A program made the position numbers and the translations under genes. This document shows positions 28,803 through 38,537 of a stretch of DNA of 64,000 bases, piece after piece. The stretch lies in assembly GCA_043813075.1 (NCBI GenBank), contig JBDRLL010000033.1, forward strand, positions 15,786 through 79,785, in the 5' to 3' direction. The DNA is from Candidatus Altiarchaeota archaeon. Lineage in GTDB: Archaea; Altiarchaeota; Altiarchaeia; IMC4; SCGC-AAA252-I15. Positions within the stretch are counted from its first letter, which is position 1. Each line of letters begins with the position of its first letter. The notes beneath the pieces were generated by a model. It searched no databases, was not told the DNA's origin, and saw only the letters and a list, made by a program, of their open reading frames with translations.

Positions 28803-31550
28803 ATGAAGACATTGAAACGGATTGGATCCGTGGCTGCCGGCGCTCTAATGCTGGGTTCAGCAATAGCAGGCGCAGTAAGTGCAGGCATGGACGACACCGG
28901 AATGACGAAGAACTTCTTCTATGACGCCAGCTTCAACCCTGTTGTGCAGATTGTTGTTGGTGAGAAGGGTCTAGCGTCAGACTCCGTTGCAGCAGGAAAC
29001 ATTGCAGCGGTAATAGGGAACCTGGCGTACACAAGTGCGACAGCAGACGCCACCGGCGGATCAGCCAGTGGACAAGTCGTGCTAGGAGTGTCCGCGAAGG
29101 GAGCTACAGGAAAGTTTGAGCAAGCAAGCCACCCAAGCTCTGGGAAGTTTATTACTACGAACACGGACAGTGACTCGTACATGGACTTCTACAACGACAA
29201 CGATGGTTTGGTGTTCAAGAGCTCCGCAGAGACGTACTCGCGCGGCGAATTCGTGAGCTACAGCCTAGCTTGCGACCAGCAGCAGAGAACAGAAGCCGGG
29301 ATCCTAAAGGAGGGAACGTACAACAACGTACACTGCTTGTTCTGTCAGACGCTTTGTCTAGCACAGCTAGAGAACCCAGAGCACGAGATGGAGGAGATGA
29401 TATCTGTCGATTACAGCCAGATTACATGGTATGAAGACGGTCTAAGTACGGACGACGCCGAGGCGCTCACACTAAAGATCGCCAGCAAGGCAGTAACGTA
29501 CATCGTGGACACAGGATACGTACCCATGAACACAATCGACGGTGGAAGCGCCACAGACGACCAGCTGGACTTTGAATGGAGAGGCAAGATGATACTCTTC
29601 GGTGAAGAGTATTACGTGAAAGACATTGAAGGTATGACCAAAGTATACCTAGCAAAAGGTAAGATATTGGACGACATCTCATCTGAAGGATACACTTCAG
29701 AGTACATGGGGTACAAGTTCAAGATCGACCACCTGATATACTCAGCAGAGTACCAGGTCGCAGGGATACTCCTAGATGTCGAGAAGCCAGACGGAACAGT
29801 AGTCCAGACCCAGATCAGCAAGATGGCGAACGGTATCGTTGACGACATCGAGATAGCGGGCGTATACGCTGAAGAAGCGGATGCAGTCGCTACAGCGAGC
29901 ATAATCGTCTATGATACGACAAGCAACGTTCTCTTGGAAGACGGTAAGGACATGGAGCTAGGCGGAGAAGTCAAGAAATACTGGAAAGTCGACTTAAGCA
30001 CCGTAGGTGCAAACGACTCAAGCGTCGACGTGACAGAATACAACGCAGCCACATCCGGTACAGTATTGTCAAACATAACAATACAGTACAGGCACTCTGT
30101 AGAACTAGAGGAAGGAGAGGCGTTGCAGTTCCCAAGCACGTTCAAGCTTGTGTTCGACGGCTTCAGGACGAACGACTACTCTGAGAGCGCGTGTTCAGGA
30201 GCAGGAAGCGGCGACATCGTCATTGAGAAGGAAGGCAAGTCAAGGTGTAAGATAAGCTTCACCGGTGACGACGGCAACAGGTACGACGACGTGTATATGG
30301 ACCAAGGTCCGTTCTCAGAAGGCGACATGTTCATACTAAATGGACTAGTCTTCGAGTACGACGACGCTAAGGAGCTTACAACCGACTTAACAACCCTAAG
30401 GTTAACCATGAGGGACCTGTTAAACGGCGGTAAGAAGACAGCAGACCTAACGGCCATATCGACGGCAGACATCGACGCGCTATACCTATACACATACGCG
30501 TTCGAGTCAGCAGCCGACAACGACCAGGAGCTAACCGCAATCGAGCCAGACGCAGACCAAAACGACTCTGACGTATATGTAGGTGTGTTCGACGCCAACG
30601 GCGAAGACAAGCCCGTATTATACAACGGAGGAGACTTGTACCTAACCACAAGCACTGCAGTAGCTTCGATAAACGGTAGCCAGCTAGGTTGTCACGCAAC
30701 ACCATTCGGTGGAAGCGACCTGTCAAAGCTGCAGTTAGACGACGCAACCCTGAGCATAGACATATACAACGAGCCCAGTGCCTACGCAGGCGCGCCAAAC
30801 GTAGCCTACGCTGGCAACAGCACTGCTGATTCGACAGCAGACAGGGACAACGACTACGACGACGCATTAATCCGCCTGGTAAACCAGGAGGGTGAATACA
30901 TTGTCGTGGACTTCTATGACAGGGACTTCAACGACAGCGTGGACACATACTACTCTCAAGGTGTGTGGGCAGGCGGAAACAACCTACCGTGGGCTGGAAA
31001 CACCAGCATGTACTCCGTAGGATTCGAGAACGAGGAGGACACATTGCTGATAACCCCACAGGGAGGTACGCGCGTGACAGTTGACTGGGGCGGAGCCCGT
31101 GAAGTCGACAAGGTCACAGTATGCCAGCCACAGGACGTAGTGTACTCCACAATCTTCCTGGGTACCGACGAAGCCACGACCACGATTGACGCGGTCATAA
31201 CAAAGGCTGACGAGGGAACCGAGAAGACTGTCGGATGCTGCAGTTACCTAGTGAAGGAGTTCGGCATAGCAGTGGACAGCGTCTCAGCGGAGACTGTTTC
31301 CATCAACCCGATTGTTGGAAACCTAGTCGTCCCAGAGATCGCAGCAGACACGACCAAGAACCTAGTGGTTGTTGGTGGACCATCCGTGAACGGACTTTGC
31401 GGTCTGACCAAGGATGAGATCCAGGCTGCTTCAGGCCAGTACGTCGTTCGTAAGGACGGTAGTAAGGTCTACATAGCAGGTTGGACAGCTGCAGACACTG
31501 TTGACGCCGGTAACGCCTTAATCGCTTGGTTACAGGCAAACGTCCACTAA
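28803..31550 (+). CDS. S-layer-family surface protein (Methanococcus-type N/C domains), possible hamus-subunit homologue
   Basis: Signal MKTLKRIGSVAAGALMLG, IVVGEKG.ASDSVAA.NIA, C-terminal NLVVVGGPSVN and IAGWTAADT..A; very acidic; strong SD and terminator. Confidence 0.85.
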   Translation: MKTLKRIGSVAAGALMLGSAIAGAVSAGMDDTGMTKNFFYDASFNPVVQIVVGEKGLASDSVAAGNIAAVIGNLAYTSATADATGGSASGQVVLGVSAKGATGKFEQASHPSSGKFITTNTDSDSYMDFYNDNDGLVFKSSAETYSRGEFVSYSLACDQQQRTEAGILKEGTYNNVHCLFCQTLCLAQLENPEHEMEEMISVDYSQITWYEDGLSTDDAEALTLKIASKAVTYIVDTGYVPMNTIDGGSATDDQLDFEWRGKMILFGEEYYVKDIEGMTKVYLAKGKILDDISSEGYTSEYMGYKFKIDHLIYSAEYQVAGILLDVEKPDGTVVQTQISKMANGIVDDIEIAGVYAEEADAVATASIIVYDTTSNVLLEDGKDMELGGEVKKYWKVDLSTVGANDSSVDVTEYNAATSGTVLSNITIQYRHSVELEEGEALQFPSTFKLVFDGFRTNDYSESACSGAGSGDIVIEKEGKSRCKISFTGDDGNRYDDVYMDQGPFSEGDMFILNGLVFEYDDAKELTTDLTTLRLTMRDLLNGGKKTADLTAISTADIDALYLYTYAFESAADNDQELTAIEPDADQNDSDVYVGVFDANGEDKPVLYNGGDLYLTTSTAVASINGSQLGCHATPFGGSDLSKLQLDDATLSIDIYNEPSAYAGAPNVAYAGNSTADSTADRDNDYDDALIRLVNQEGEYIVVDFYDRDFNDSVDTYYSQGVWAGGNNLPWAGNTSMYSVGFENEEDTLLITPQGGTRVTVDWGGAREVDKVTVCQPQDVVYSTIFLGTDEATTTIDAVITKADEGTEKTVGCCSYLVKEFGIAVDSVSAETVSINPIVGNLVVPEIAADTTKNLVVVGGPSVNGLCGLTKDEIQAASGQYVVRKDGSKVYIAGWTAADTVDAGNALIAWLQANVH

Positions 31551-31565
31551 GGTGTTCGACCAAAA

Positions 31566-31606
31566 TGTCCCCCTTTTGGGGGACAAAATTTTTCTTTTTC
31601 TTTTTA
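31566..31606 (+). terminator. Hairpin plus long T-tract terminator
   Basis: TGTCCCCC-TTTT-GGGGGACA followed by aaatttttctttttcttttt. Confidence 0.8.
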
Positions 31607-31658
31607 TTCCCCTGAAACATGCCGGAGGCACATATTTTTCCCTTAAAACCATATCAGT

Positions 31659-32414
31659 ATGATGCTCTATCTAGTCGGCTTGGGCCTGCATGATGAGGGT
31701 GACTTGAGCCTGAAGGGCCTTGATGCTTTAAGGAAGTGCGGTAAGGTTTACCTGGAGTCCTATACCAGCAAGTTCAAGGGGAGTCTTGAAAGGCTCTCGG
31801 AGCTGGCTGGGAAGGAGATTATGGTTTTGGGTAGGAGTGGTGTTGAGGAGGATGCCGTGTTCATTGAAGAGGCGCTTGAAGGGGATGTTTGCCTGCTGGT
31901 GTGCGGCGACCCGATGGCTGCAACAACCCATGCAGACCTGGTCTTACGAGCCAGGAGGAAGGGTGTGGAGGTTAGGGTAATCCACTCGTCTTCTATTTTC
32001 TCTGCAATCGGCGAGTGCGGCCTCCAACTATACAAGTTCGGCAGGACTACTACGCTCGCGTATCCTGATGGCGATTATTTTCCCATGAGCCCCTACGACG
32101 TTATAAGGGGTAACATGGAGTCTGGATTGCACACTCTCGTGCTGCTGGACGTTAGGAGTGATGAGGACAGGTTTATGAGTGTGAACGAGGCTGTCGGCCT
32201 GCTGTTGAGGATGGAGGGTGAGAAGAAGGAGGGTGTTGTCACAGAGGATTCCATGTGCCTTGGTGTCGCCAGGCTGGGTGGTGACGCCGTGATCAGATAC
32301 GGGAAGGCGGGGGATTTGTTGAACGTGGATTTCAGGGGGCCGCCGCACGTGCTGATTATCCCAGGCAGACTTCATTTCATGGAGGAGGAGGCTCTGAAGG
32401 AGTATGTGATTTAG
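31659..32414 (+). CDS. dph5: Diphthine synthase
   Basis: LYLVGLGL, ESYTS, GDPMAATTH.DL, LYKFGRTTT, LHTLVLLD, LHFMEEEAL. Confidence 0.96.
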   Translation: MMLYLVGLGLHDEGDLSLKGLDALRKCGKVYLESYTSKFKGSLERLSELAGKEIMVLGRSGVEEDAVFIEEALEGDVCLLVCGDPMAATTHADLVLRARRKGVEVRVIHSSSIFSAIGECGLQLYKFGRTTTLAYPDGDYFPMSPYDVIRGNMESGLHTLVLLDVRSDEDRFMSVNEAVGLLLRMEGEKKEGVVTEDSMCLGVARLGGDAVIRYGKAGDLLNVDFRGPPHVLIIPGRLHFMEEEALKEYVI

Positions 32415-32415
32415 A

Positions 32416-32757
32416 ATGATCCTGGATTACATGGGCGTGTTCATGGCGTTTTTCCTGATATTAGTCAACGGCATCAGCTGGATTATCACGATAATAGCGG
32501 TAATCGATATCCTAAAGAGGGATTTCGAGAATAAGCAGCATAAGGTCCCGTGGATAATTGGCGTGGTTTTCCTGGGATGGTTTGGGGTCATAGCGTATTA
32601 CGTTTTTGTCGTCCGGAAGGTCAGGTGGACTATGTGGGACCGTGAAATCAAGGGTGGGGAGGATAAGGACGATATGATGAGGAAGAATGTGAAAAAGACG
32701 GTAATGGGAGGTAGGGAGACTGTCATACTGGATGGGAAGGAGTATTCTGGGAGATGA
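32416..32757 (+). CDS. Small membrane protein with PLDc_N-like two-helix domain
   Basis: WI..I.DILKR.F...K..WII.V.FLG.FG.IAYY pattern. Confidence 0.7.
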   Translation: MILDYMGVFMAFFLILVNGISWIITIIAVIDILKRDFENKQHKVPWIIGVVFLGWFGVIAYYVFVVRKVRWTMWDREIKGGEDKDDMMRKNVKKTVMGGRETVILDGKEYSGR

Positions 32758-32787
32758 CACCCGCATCAGTCCGGAGGGGGTGTGATG

Positions 32788-33906
32788 TCATGTGGTTCGC
32801 TGGGGCGCGGGGTTGTTCCTGCCAACACCCTCACGGCTCGTGTTTTTGAGTATGATGCTTCCAAGGCTTTTAAGACGCTCGTCCACAGGATTCTCCATGA
32901 TTTTCTTGAATTCACTCCAAGAAGTCCCCTCCTTGAAGGAGAGGAATAATGTGTTGGAATAGTATTCCACATAGTAGGTGGAGGGGAACAATGATAGCAG
33001 CCGGTCGTATATTGCAGACTTTATGCCAGGCCCGTAGGGGGTGATGTAGTTAAGCACGAAGCATCCGTTTTCAGTTAGTCTTTCACGCACCATCCCTAGG
33101 GTGTCCTCGTTTGTCAGCTCGGGAGGCACACCCTCTCCAGAGAATGCGTCGAATACTATGGCACCGTAATGCTTGCCGCATGATTGAAGGAAGCTGAGGC
33201 CGTCAGTCTGGTGGAGTATCACTCTGTCTGGTTTTTCCCCGAAATATCTCTCGCAAGTGGTGAAGACGTCTGTGTCCGGGTCGACCGCGTCGACTAGGGA
33301 CTCCGTGAAGTATGCGTATTGCCTTGCTATGGTGCCTGCCGCAACACCCACGAGAAGAACATCCGACACCCCAGGGTTCTTGAATATGGGGGCGAGGCAG
33401 ATGTCCCAGAAGCCTCCGGTGAATGGAGACTTCAAGTGTATTTGAGAGTGGGTTAGAGACCGGTCTCCGGTTAATAGGCGGGTCACGTCACCAGCCTTCT
33501 CTACGATAAGGCCGTGCACCCCTATTTCCTCTGAAAAATCCGGGGGCTGGTTCAAGCTTATCTCGATTAGGACGCTTATTCTGACAGAGTCGATGGAGTA
33601 GGGGTTCATTTCCAGAGACTTGCTTGCTGAATCACGGGCGTCCTGCATTTCATTGAGGTAGTATAAGGCAACAGCCTTGAGGTAGTAGGCGTGGTCGCTT
33701 TCATAACCGGCCTTGAGATATGACTCGATGTCTGATAGCGCGGACGAGTAGTCGCCAAGCCGGTAGTGGGATACCGCCCGGTTGAACATGCATTTGTTGC
33801 ATGCGTCGCGTTCCAATACTATGCTATAGAAGCCGATGGCTTCCGCGTATCTGGCGTTATTGAAAAGTAGGTCGCCTGCTTTCCTGAAGTCATCTATATA
33901 GTACAT
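32788..33906 (-). CDS. TPR-repeat protein fused to a spermidine-synthase-like SAM-dependent methyltransferase domain
   Basis: About three TPRs, then VLLVGVAAGT, VDAVDPD, DGLSFL, IVFDAFSG..VP..L. Confidence 0.8.
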   Translation of the reverse strand: MYYIDDFRKAGDLLFNNARYAEAIGFYSIVLERDACNKCMFNRAVSHYRLGDYSSALSDIESYLKAGYESDHAYYLKAVALYYLNEMQDARDSASKSLEMNPYSIDSVRISVLIEISLNQPPDFSEEIGVHGLIVEKAGDVTRLLTGDRSLTHSQIHLKSPFTGGFWDICLAPIFKNPGVSDVLLVGVAAGTIARQYAYFTESLVDAVDPDTDVFTTCERYFGEKPDRVILHQTDGLSFLQSCGKHYGAIVFDAFSGEGVPPELTNEDTLGMVRERLTENGCFVLNYITPYGPGIKSAIYDRLLSLFPSTYYVEYYSNTLFLSFKEGTSWSEFKKIMENPVDERLKSLGSIILKNTSREGVGRNNPAPQRTT

Positions 33907-34637
33907 TATAAGCTCTTCCGGAATAATCCTTCCATTATTTTTAGGTTCTTCCTGTTGTCGAATCTAGCAGCAATAGAAGCCAGTCTTCCACGGGACATGT
34001 CTTTCATGCTCCTTGCGTGGACAATCATGTTTGGGACTGCCCTGACCACGTTGTCGACTATGGTTATGTCAGCCGTCCTGGCTGTCCGTGACAGGGGATT
34101 CAAGTCCACTGCGATAACCTTCTTGCCCATCGCCTTCAAAGCCCCAGTACGGTCGCCGTCCTCCAGCATCACCAGGACTGTGTCGGAATCCCATAACGCA
34201 TCGTCCACGTTCGCCCTCTGGCTGCCCAATCCAGGAATCCTATGCCGCTTCCGGAGGCCGTAAACCAGTTCCGCGCCGGAATCCTCCAGCACCCTGGCTA
34301 TAAGCCTCTCCCTTAGGGGGGTCCTATAGAAGAGGTTGACCTCAAGGAGGGCTTTAACAGCCTTTGAAAGCCGTATAACGTCCTTAGGGCATAGTGCGGC
34401 AACATTCCCGTTGACCGAGAAAACAGGTTTTTCAGAGGATAAAAGGAGGGCGGAGGCCGCCTTCTCAGCCCTCTCAGCGTGCACGCACGTCCTTTCTCCT
34501 AGCAAGTAGTCATAGGCCTCTCCACGTCCATGCGCAATAAGGCCCGTCTCTGCCACAAACCCTTGTTTTAGGCCGTCCACGAGCCTGTGGCGTAGGTCTA
34601 GGGAGGTTTTTCTCGGGTGTTGCGGCGGGTTATTCAT
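33906..34637 (-). CDS. pps: Archaeal phosphopantothenate synthetase (COG1701)
   Basis: HPR..SL..R, GLIAHGRGEAYDYLLGE, SVNGN.AAL, LEDGDR, DLNPLSRT. Confidence 0.95.
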   Translation of the reverse strand: MNNPPQHPRKTSLDLRHRLVDGLKQGFVAETGLIAHGRGEAYDYLLGERTCVHAERAEKAASALLLSSEKPVFSVNGNVAALCPKDVIRLSKAVKALLEVNLFYRTPLRERLIARVLEDSGAELVYGLRKRHRIPGLGSQRANVDDALWDSDTVLVMLEDGDRTGALKAMGKKVIAVDLNPLSRTARTADITIVDNVVRAVPNMIVHARSMKDMSRGRLASIAARFDNRKNLKIMEGLFRKSL

Positions 34638-34671
34638 GTGATTTTTATATTAAACTTACGCATTATAATAC

Positions 34672-34788
34672 GGTCAACGGCCATAGCGGAGGGGCAACAC
34701 CCGCAACCATTCCGAACGCGGAAGTAAAGTCCTCCAGCGATCCATACAGTACTGCTTACAAAGTGGGAATTATGGGACGCTGTTGACC
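34672..34788 (+). rRNA. rrf: 5S rRNA, stand-alone
   Basis: Terminal helix GGTCAAC/GTTGACC; GGCCATAGCG, AACACCCG..CCATTCCGAAC.CGGAAGT.AAG, GTACTG and GGGAA motifs; TTTTATAT box about 25 nt upstream. Confidence 0.93.
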
Positions 34789-34856
34789 ACCCCTCACTCT
34801 CACTATTCAAGCCCTGATTCTATTTATTCCATTATTCAATCTCTATTCTACGCACC

Positions 34857-36500
34857 ATGGACGAATACCAGAGGATAATAACAGGGATAATCAGGGGGGA
34901 TATTTCCACTAGAAGCCAGTTGGATGAGGAGAAGAGGCGGCTGTCATCTGAACTGGGCTTAGACCATTTCATACGGAACAGCGACATACTCAAGCACGCT
35001 AACGCCGAGGAGAGGAAGGCGATAAAGAGGTTCCTCCAGAAGAAGCCCATGAGAAGCATGTCTGGTGTCGCGGTGGTTGCGGCAATGACCATGCCCAGCA
35101 GGTGCCCGCACGGCAAGTGCAGGTACTGCCCCGGCGGCCCGGACACCAACGTGCCCCAGAGTTACACCGGAAAGGAGCCTGCGACACGCAGGGCCATACA
35201 GTACGGCTTCAACCCCTACTTGCAGACCACGTTCAGGCTCCACCAGCTGAAGACCATAGGTCATCCGATAGACAAGGTGGAGTTGATCGTGATGGGGGGG
35301 ACGCTTACCGCACAGTGCCTTGACTATCAGGACTGGTTTGTGAAGGAATGCCTCCTGGCCATGAATGATTATGACGTGAACGGCAGGCGGATTATCGAGA
35401 TTGGTGAGGAAGGATTCATCAAGGAATATGAGTCTTCACCCAAGACGTTCTCCTATAGGGAGGACGTGCAGGAGGGGAATGAGAGGGCTAGCGTTAGGTG
35501 TGTTGGAATAACCTTCGAGCCGAGGCCGGACTGGGCCAAACGGGAGCAGATAGGATTCATGCTGGACTTCGGCGTGACCAGGGTGGAGGTTGGGGTTCAG
35601 AATCCGGACGACATGGTGTATGAGCATGTGGAGAGGGGTCATACTGTGGCTGATGTCGTGGAGTCCACGCAACTATTGAAGGATTCAGGGATCAAGGTGG
35701 GCTACCACATGATGCCTGGCATAATGGGCTACGACCATGATTCGGACTTGAATGCCTTCAAGAGTATTTTCAACAGACAGGAGTTCAGGCCCGACATGGT
35801 GAAGATATACCCGTGCATAGTCCTGAAGGGAACTGATTACTACAGGAGGTGGGTGGACGGAGAGTTCGAGCCCATGACCACCGGGCAGGCTGTGGACTTG
35901 ATCGCTGAAGTCAAAGGCATGATGCCAAAGTGGGTTAGGACCATGCGAATCATGAGGGACATACCCAGCAACCTTATTGAGGCAGGCATAAAGTCGAGCA
36001 ACCTGGGGCAGATGGTTTACAGGAGGATGAGGGAGAAGGGGATAAAATGCAGTTGCATCAGGTGCAGGGAGGTTGGAAGATTCATGGAGAAGGGTGTGGA
36101 GCCTGACCCAGACGACATAAGGATAGTGCGGGAGGATTATGACGCTAGCGGAGGCAGGGAAGTGTTCCTAAGCTTCGAGGACGTTAAGAAGGACATACTA
36201 ATCGGGTTCACCCGCCTGAGGATACCTTATAGGCCATTCCGCCCTGAGATAACAGAGGATTCCGGGCTCATAAGGGAGCTTCACGTCTACGGCCCCATGG
36301 TGGAGATAGACGAGAGGCCTGAATACGAGTGGCAGCACAGGGGGTACGGCACCGAGTTGATAGGTGAGGCTGAGAGGATTGCCGCAGAGGATTTCGGGCT
36401 CGGCAGGATGGTCATCACGTCAGGCATCGGCGTGAGAGAGTACTACCGTAGGATGGGCTACTCGCGGGATGGGGCCTACATGAGCAAGAGCCTAGTTTAG
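34857..36500 (+). CDS. elp3: Elp3 tRNA uridine(34) acetyltransferase (radical SAM + KAT)
   Basis: CPHGKCRYCPGG, QSYTG.EPA, GGT, RPD, RVEVGVQ, RELHVYG, QHRGYG. Confidence 0.96.
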   Translation: MDEYQRIITGIIRGDISTRSQLDEEKRRLSSELGLDHFIRNSDILKHANAEERKAIKRFLQKKPMRSMSGVAVVAAMTMPSRCPHGKCRYCPGGPDTNVPQSYTGKEPATRRAIQYGFNPYLQTTFRLHQLKTIGHPIDKVELIVMGGTLTAQCLDYQDWFVKECLLAMNDYDVNGRRIIEIGEEGFIKEYESSPKTFSYREDVQEGNERASVRCVGITFEPRPDWAKREQIGFMLDFGVTRVEVGVQNPDDMVYEHVERGHTVADVVESTQLLKDSGIKVGYHMMPGIMGYDHDSDLNAFKSIFNRQEFRPDMVKIYPCIVLKGTDYYRRWVDGEFEPMTTGQAVDLIAEVKGMMPKWVRTMRIMRDIPSNLIEAGIKSSNLGQMVYRRMREKGIKCSCIRCREVGRFMEKGVEPDPDDIRIVREDYDASGGREVFLSFEDVKKDILIGFTRLRIPYRPFRPEITEDSGLIRELHVYGPMVEIDERPEYEWQHRGYGTELIGEAERIAAEDFGLGRMVITSGIGVREYYRRMGYSRDGAYMSKSLV

Positions 36501-37970
36501 CCCGAGTATGTCGTAGGCCTTTAGGACTATCATCTGGAAAAGGGGTATGACGTTGACTATGAACACGACCACCGTGAACACTATTATGGTGTACATTATC
36601 CGTTTAACATCCAGTTCCCTTAGTTTTGTGGAGTAGACCAGTTCCTTGAACATCCTGCCGCCGTCAAAAGGCAGCAAGGGCAGGAGGTTCACGAGTCCGA
36701 TGTTTATGTTGAAGAATATTATCCACTCAAGTGCCTTGAGGAATACCGACACGTATGACGTGCTGATGAACCCCATCAGCCCGGTGAAAGACACGTCATC
36801 GGTGACGTACACCCCCATGTATCCCTTGCCAGGCTCTGTTGGGTTTTCAGCCATCGTGAAGGAACGCACCCCAGAGCTTGTGTTTAGAGTCACCCGCTCG
36901 CCAGCCTTAAGGCTTGAAGTCGCATTGAGGAAGCCTTCAACATTGGAGAGCGGCATGCTGTTTATCGAGTGTATTATGGAATCCTTCGCCAGGTATTCCT
37001 CTGCAGGATAGCCTTCAATGAAGCCCACTATCCGCACCCCATTGTATACCATATGGTTTGAAAGCAGGGACATTGCGAGGAGTATGACCAATACAGACGT
37101 GATACCAACCGCGAAGTTGGCGAACGACCCCATAGTGTAGACGCGCATCCTGTCCAGCCCAGAGCGTTTGTTCAGCTCATCCTCGTCAGGCTCGACAAAT
37201 GCGCCTATGGGAAATGAGCCTATCGTAAGAAGGCCTGTTGACTTCAGTTTTACCCCGCAGACTCTCGTAAGCACACCATGGGAGATTTCATGGGAGCCGA
37301 GGGTTATTATGATCGCGAGGAGGGCATACCACCAGGGTATGAAGAGGTCGTATCCGGGGAATGCAACGCCTATATTGCCCTCCCTCGACGAGGGCAATAG
37401 GGGTGACACGCCAGGAAGGTCGGTCTCACCGTATAGTATCGTGATCCCGTGGGATGTGAGGGCGTATATCAGGAGGGCTGGCAGCCCGAACACGCCGACA
37501 AAAACAGACAAGAGCATGTTGTTCGTCGGGAGATACGTGATGACAGACATTATTATTGACGATAGCGTGAAGTCAACTATCGTGGAACGCATCCTGCCGG
37601 ACATGGCATAAGCCATGAGTACAAGCAGTGATGAGCCTGCAGCGAACGTGATGCTGTATCCGGAAAAAAATGCGGTGATTACTGCCAAAAAACCCAGCAC
37701 TAGGAAGCTCTTCCTGAAGTTGCCGCGGGATAGGTCGTCTTTAGAAAGGTAATATCCGCCGAGGCCGCCGAAAGACAGGAATATGGAGAAGTCGGCTAGA
37801 AACCGCCATAGGGAAGGCGCTAGGTTAGCTATGGAACTTATCAGGCGCATGCCATAGTTTGAACGCATTATGTAGAAGGTGCCGTAATACCTCTCGGTCT
37901 TGGACTTGTAGAGTATAATCCATCCCAGCCCGAAAAGCGATATTAAAAACAGGTTTACGTCCATCTTCAC
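36492..37970 (-). CDS. Site-2 protease (M50) with PDZ domain
   Basis: HEISH, GAFVEPD, GSFAN, NLLPLLPFDGG. Confidence 0.93.
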   Translation of the reverse strand: MKMDVNLFLISLFGLGWIILYKSKTERYYGTFYIMRSNYGMRLISSIANLAPSLWRFLADFSIFLSFGGLGGYYLSKDDLSRGNFRKSFLVLGFLAVITAFFSGYSITFAAGSSLLVLMAYAMSGRMRSTIVDFTLSSIIMSVITYLPTNNMLLSVFVGVFGLPALLIYALTSHGITILYGETDLPGVSPLLPSSREGNIGVAFPGYDLFIPWWYALLAIIITLGSHEISHGVLTRVCGVKLKSTGLLTIGSFPIGAFVEPDEDELNKRSGLDRMRVYTMGSFANFAVGITSVLVILLAMSLLSNHMVYNGVRIVGFIEGYPAEEYLAKDSIIHSINSMPLSNVEGFLNATSSLKAGERVTLNTSSGVRSFTMAENPTEPGKGYMGVYVTDDVSFTGLMGFISTSYVSVFLKALEWIIFFNINIGLVNLLPLLPFDGGRMFKELVYSTKLRELDVKRIMYTIIVFTVVVFIVNVIPLFQMIVLKAYDILGLN

Positions 37971-38446
37971 TACTTCTTCTTTTTAACCACAATCATGTCG
38001 CCGAGAGTCAGAGGCTTGCTTTCCCCACCACTCATCTTCACCTCATCATCATCCGAGTGCGGAACCAGCAAGCGTATCCCAAGCGCCTTCTCCAGCTTCT
38101 TTAAGACACTAGGGTTCGGCTCGATCCTGGACGACTCGATCCGGTGTATGAGGGATGAAGGCTCATTCACCATGCGGGCCAGCTCCTCCTGCCGGAGGCC
38201 CTTCTTCTCCCTCGACTCCTTTATCCTGCGGGCATATTCTTCAACCAAGTCCTCCCCGGACTCTATCTTGAATTCTGGCTTAACATTCACAACCCTCACA
38301 GGCTTCTTCTCTGCCTTAGGCTTTAGGGAGACCGTCTTAACGACCTCACCGACGCTGGAGCAGTCCCTGCAGGCGGTGACTTCACCACCCTCGAGGGTAA
38401 CCTTCACCCCATCATTGATGAATTTGCCGCAAATCTCGCATATCAT
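37970..38446 (-). CDS. mbf1: Archaeal multiprotein bridging factor 1 (Zn ribbon + HTH)
   Basis: CEICG..C..C, RE..GL.QEELA...E..S.I.RIE, LTLGD. Confidence 0.92.
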   Translation of the reverse strand: MICEICGKFINDGVKVTLEGGEVTACRDCSSVGEVVKTVSLKPKAEKKPVRVVNVKPEFKIESGEDLVEEYARRIKESREKKGLRQEELARMVNEPSSLIHRIESSRIEPNPSVLKKLEKALGIRLLVPHSDDDEVKMSGGESKPLTLGDMIVVKKKK

Positions 38447-38537
38447 GAGAACCCAACCTCTATATGAATTGGGGTTACCTGTAATAAAATGAACAATCAC
38501 TGGGGGAATAGAAAAAATAAAAGGGTTTCAGGCCCGT

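Noticed and set aside
32753-32792. Imperfect hairpin between convergent genes
   Set aside because: Weak stem (ACACCC/GGGTGT) with no T-tract; insufficient to call a terminator.
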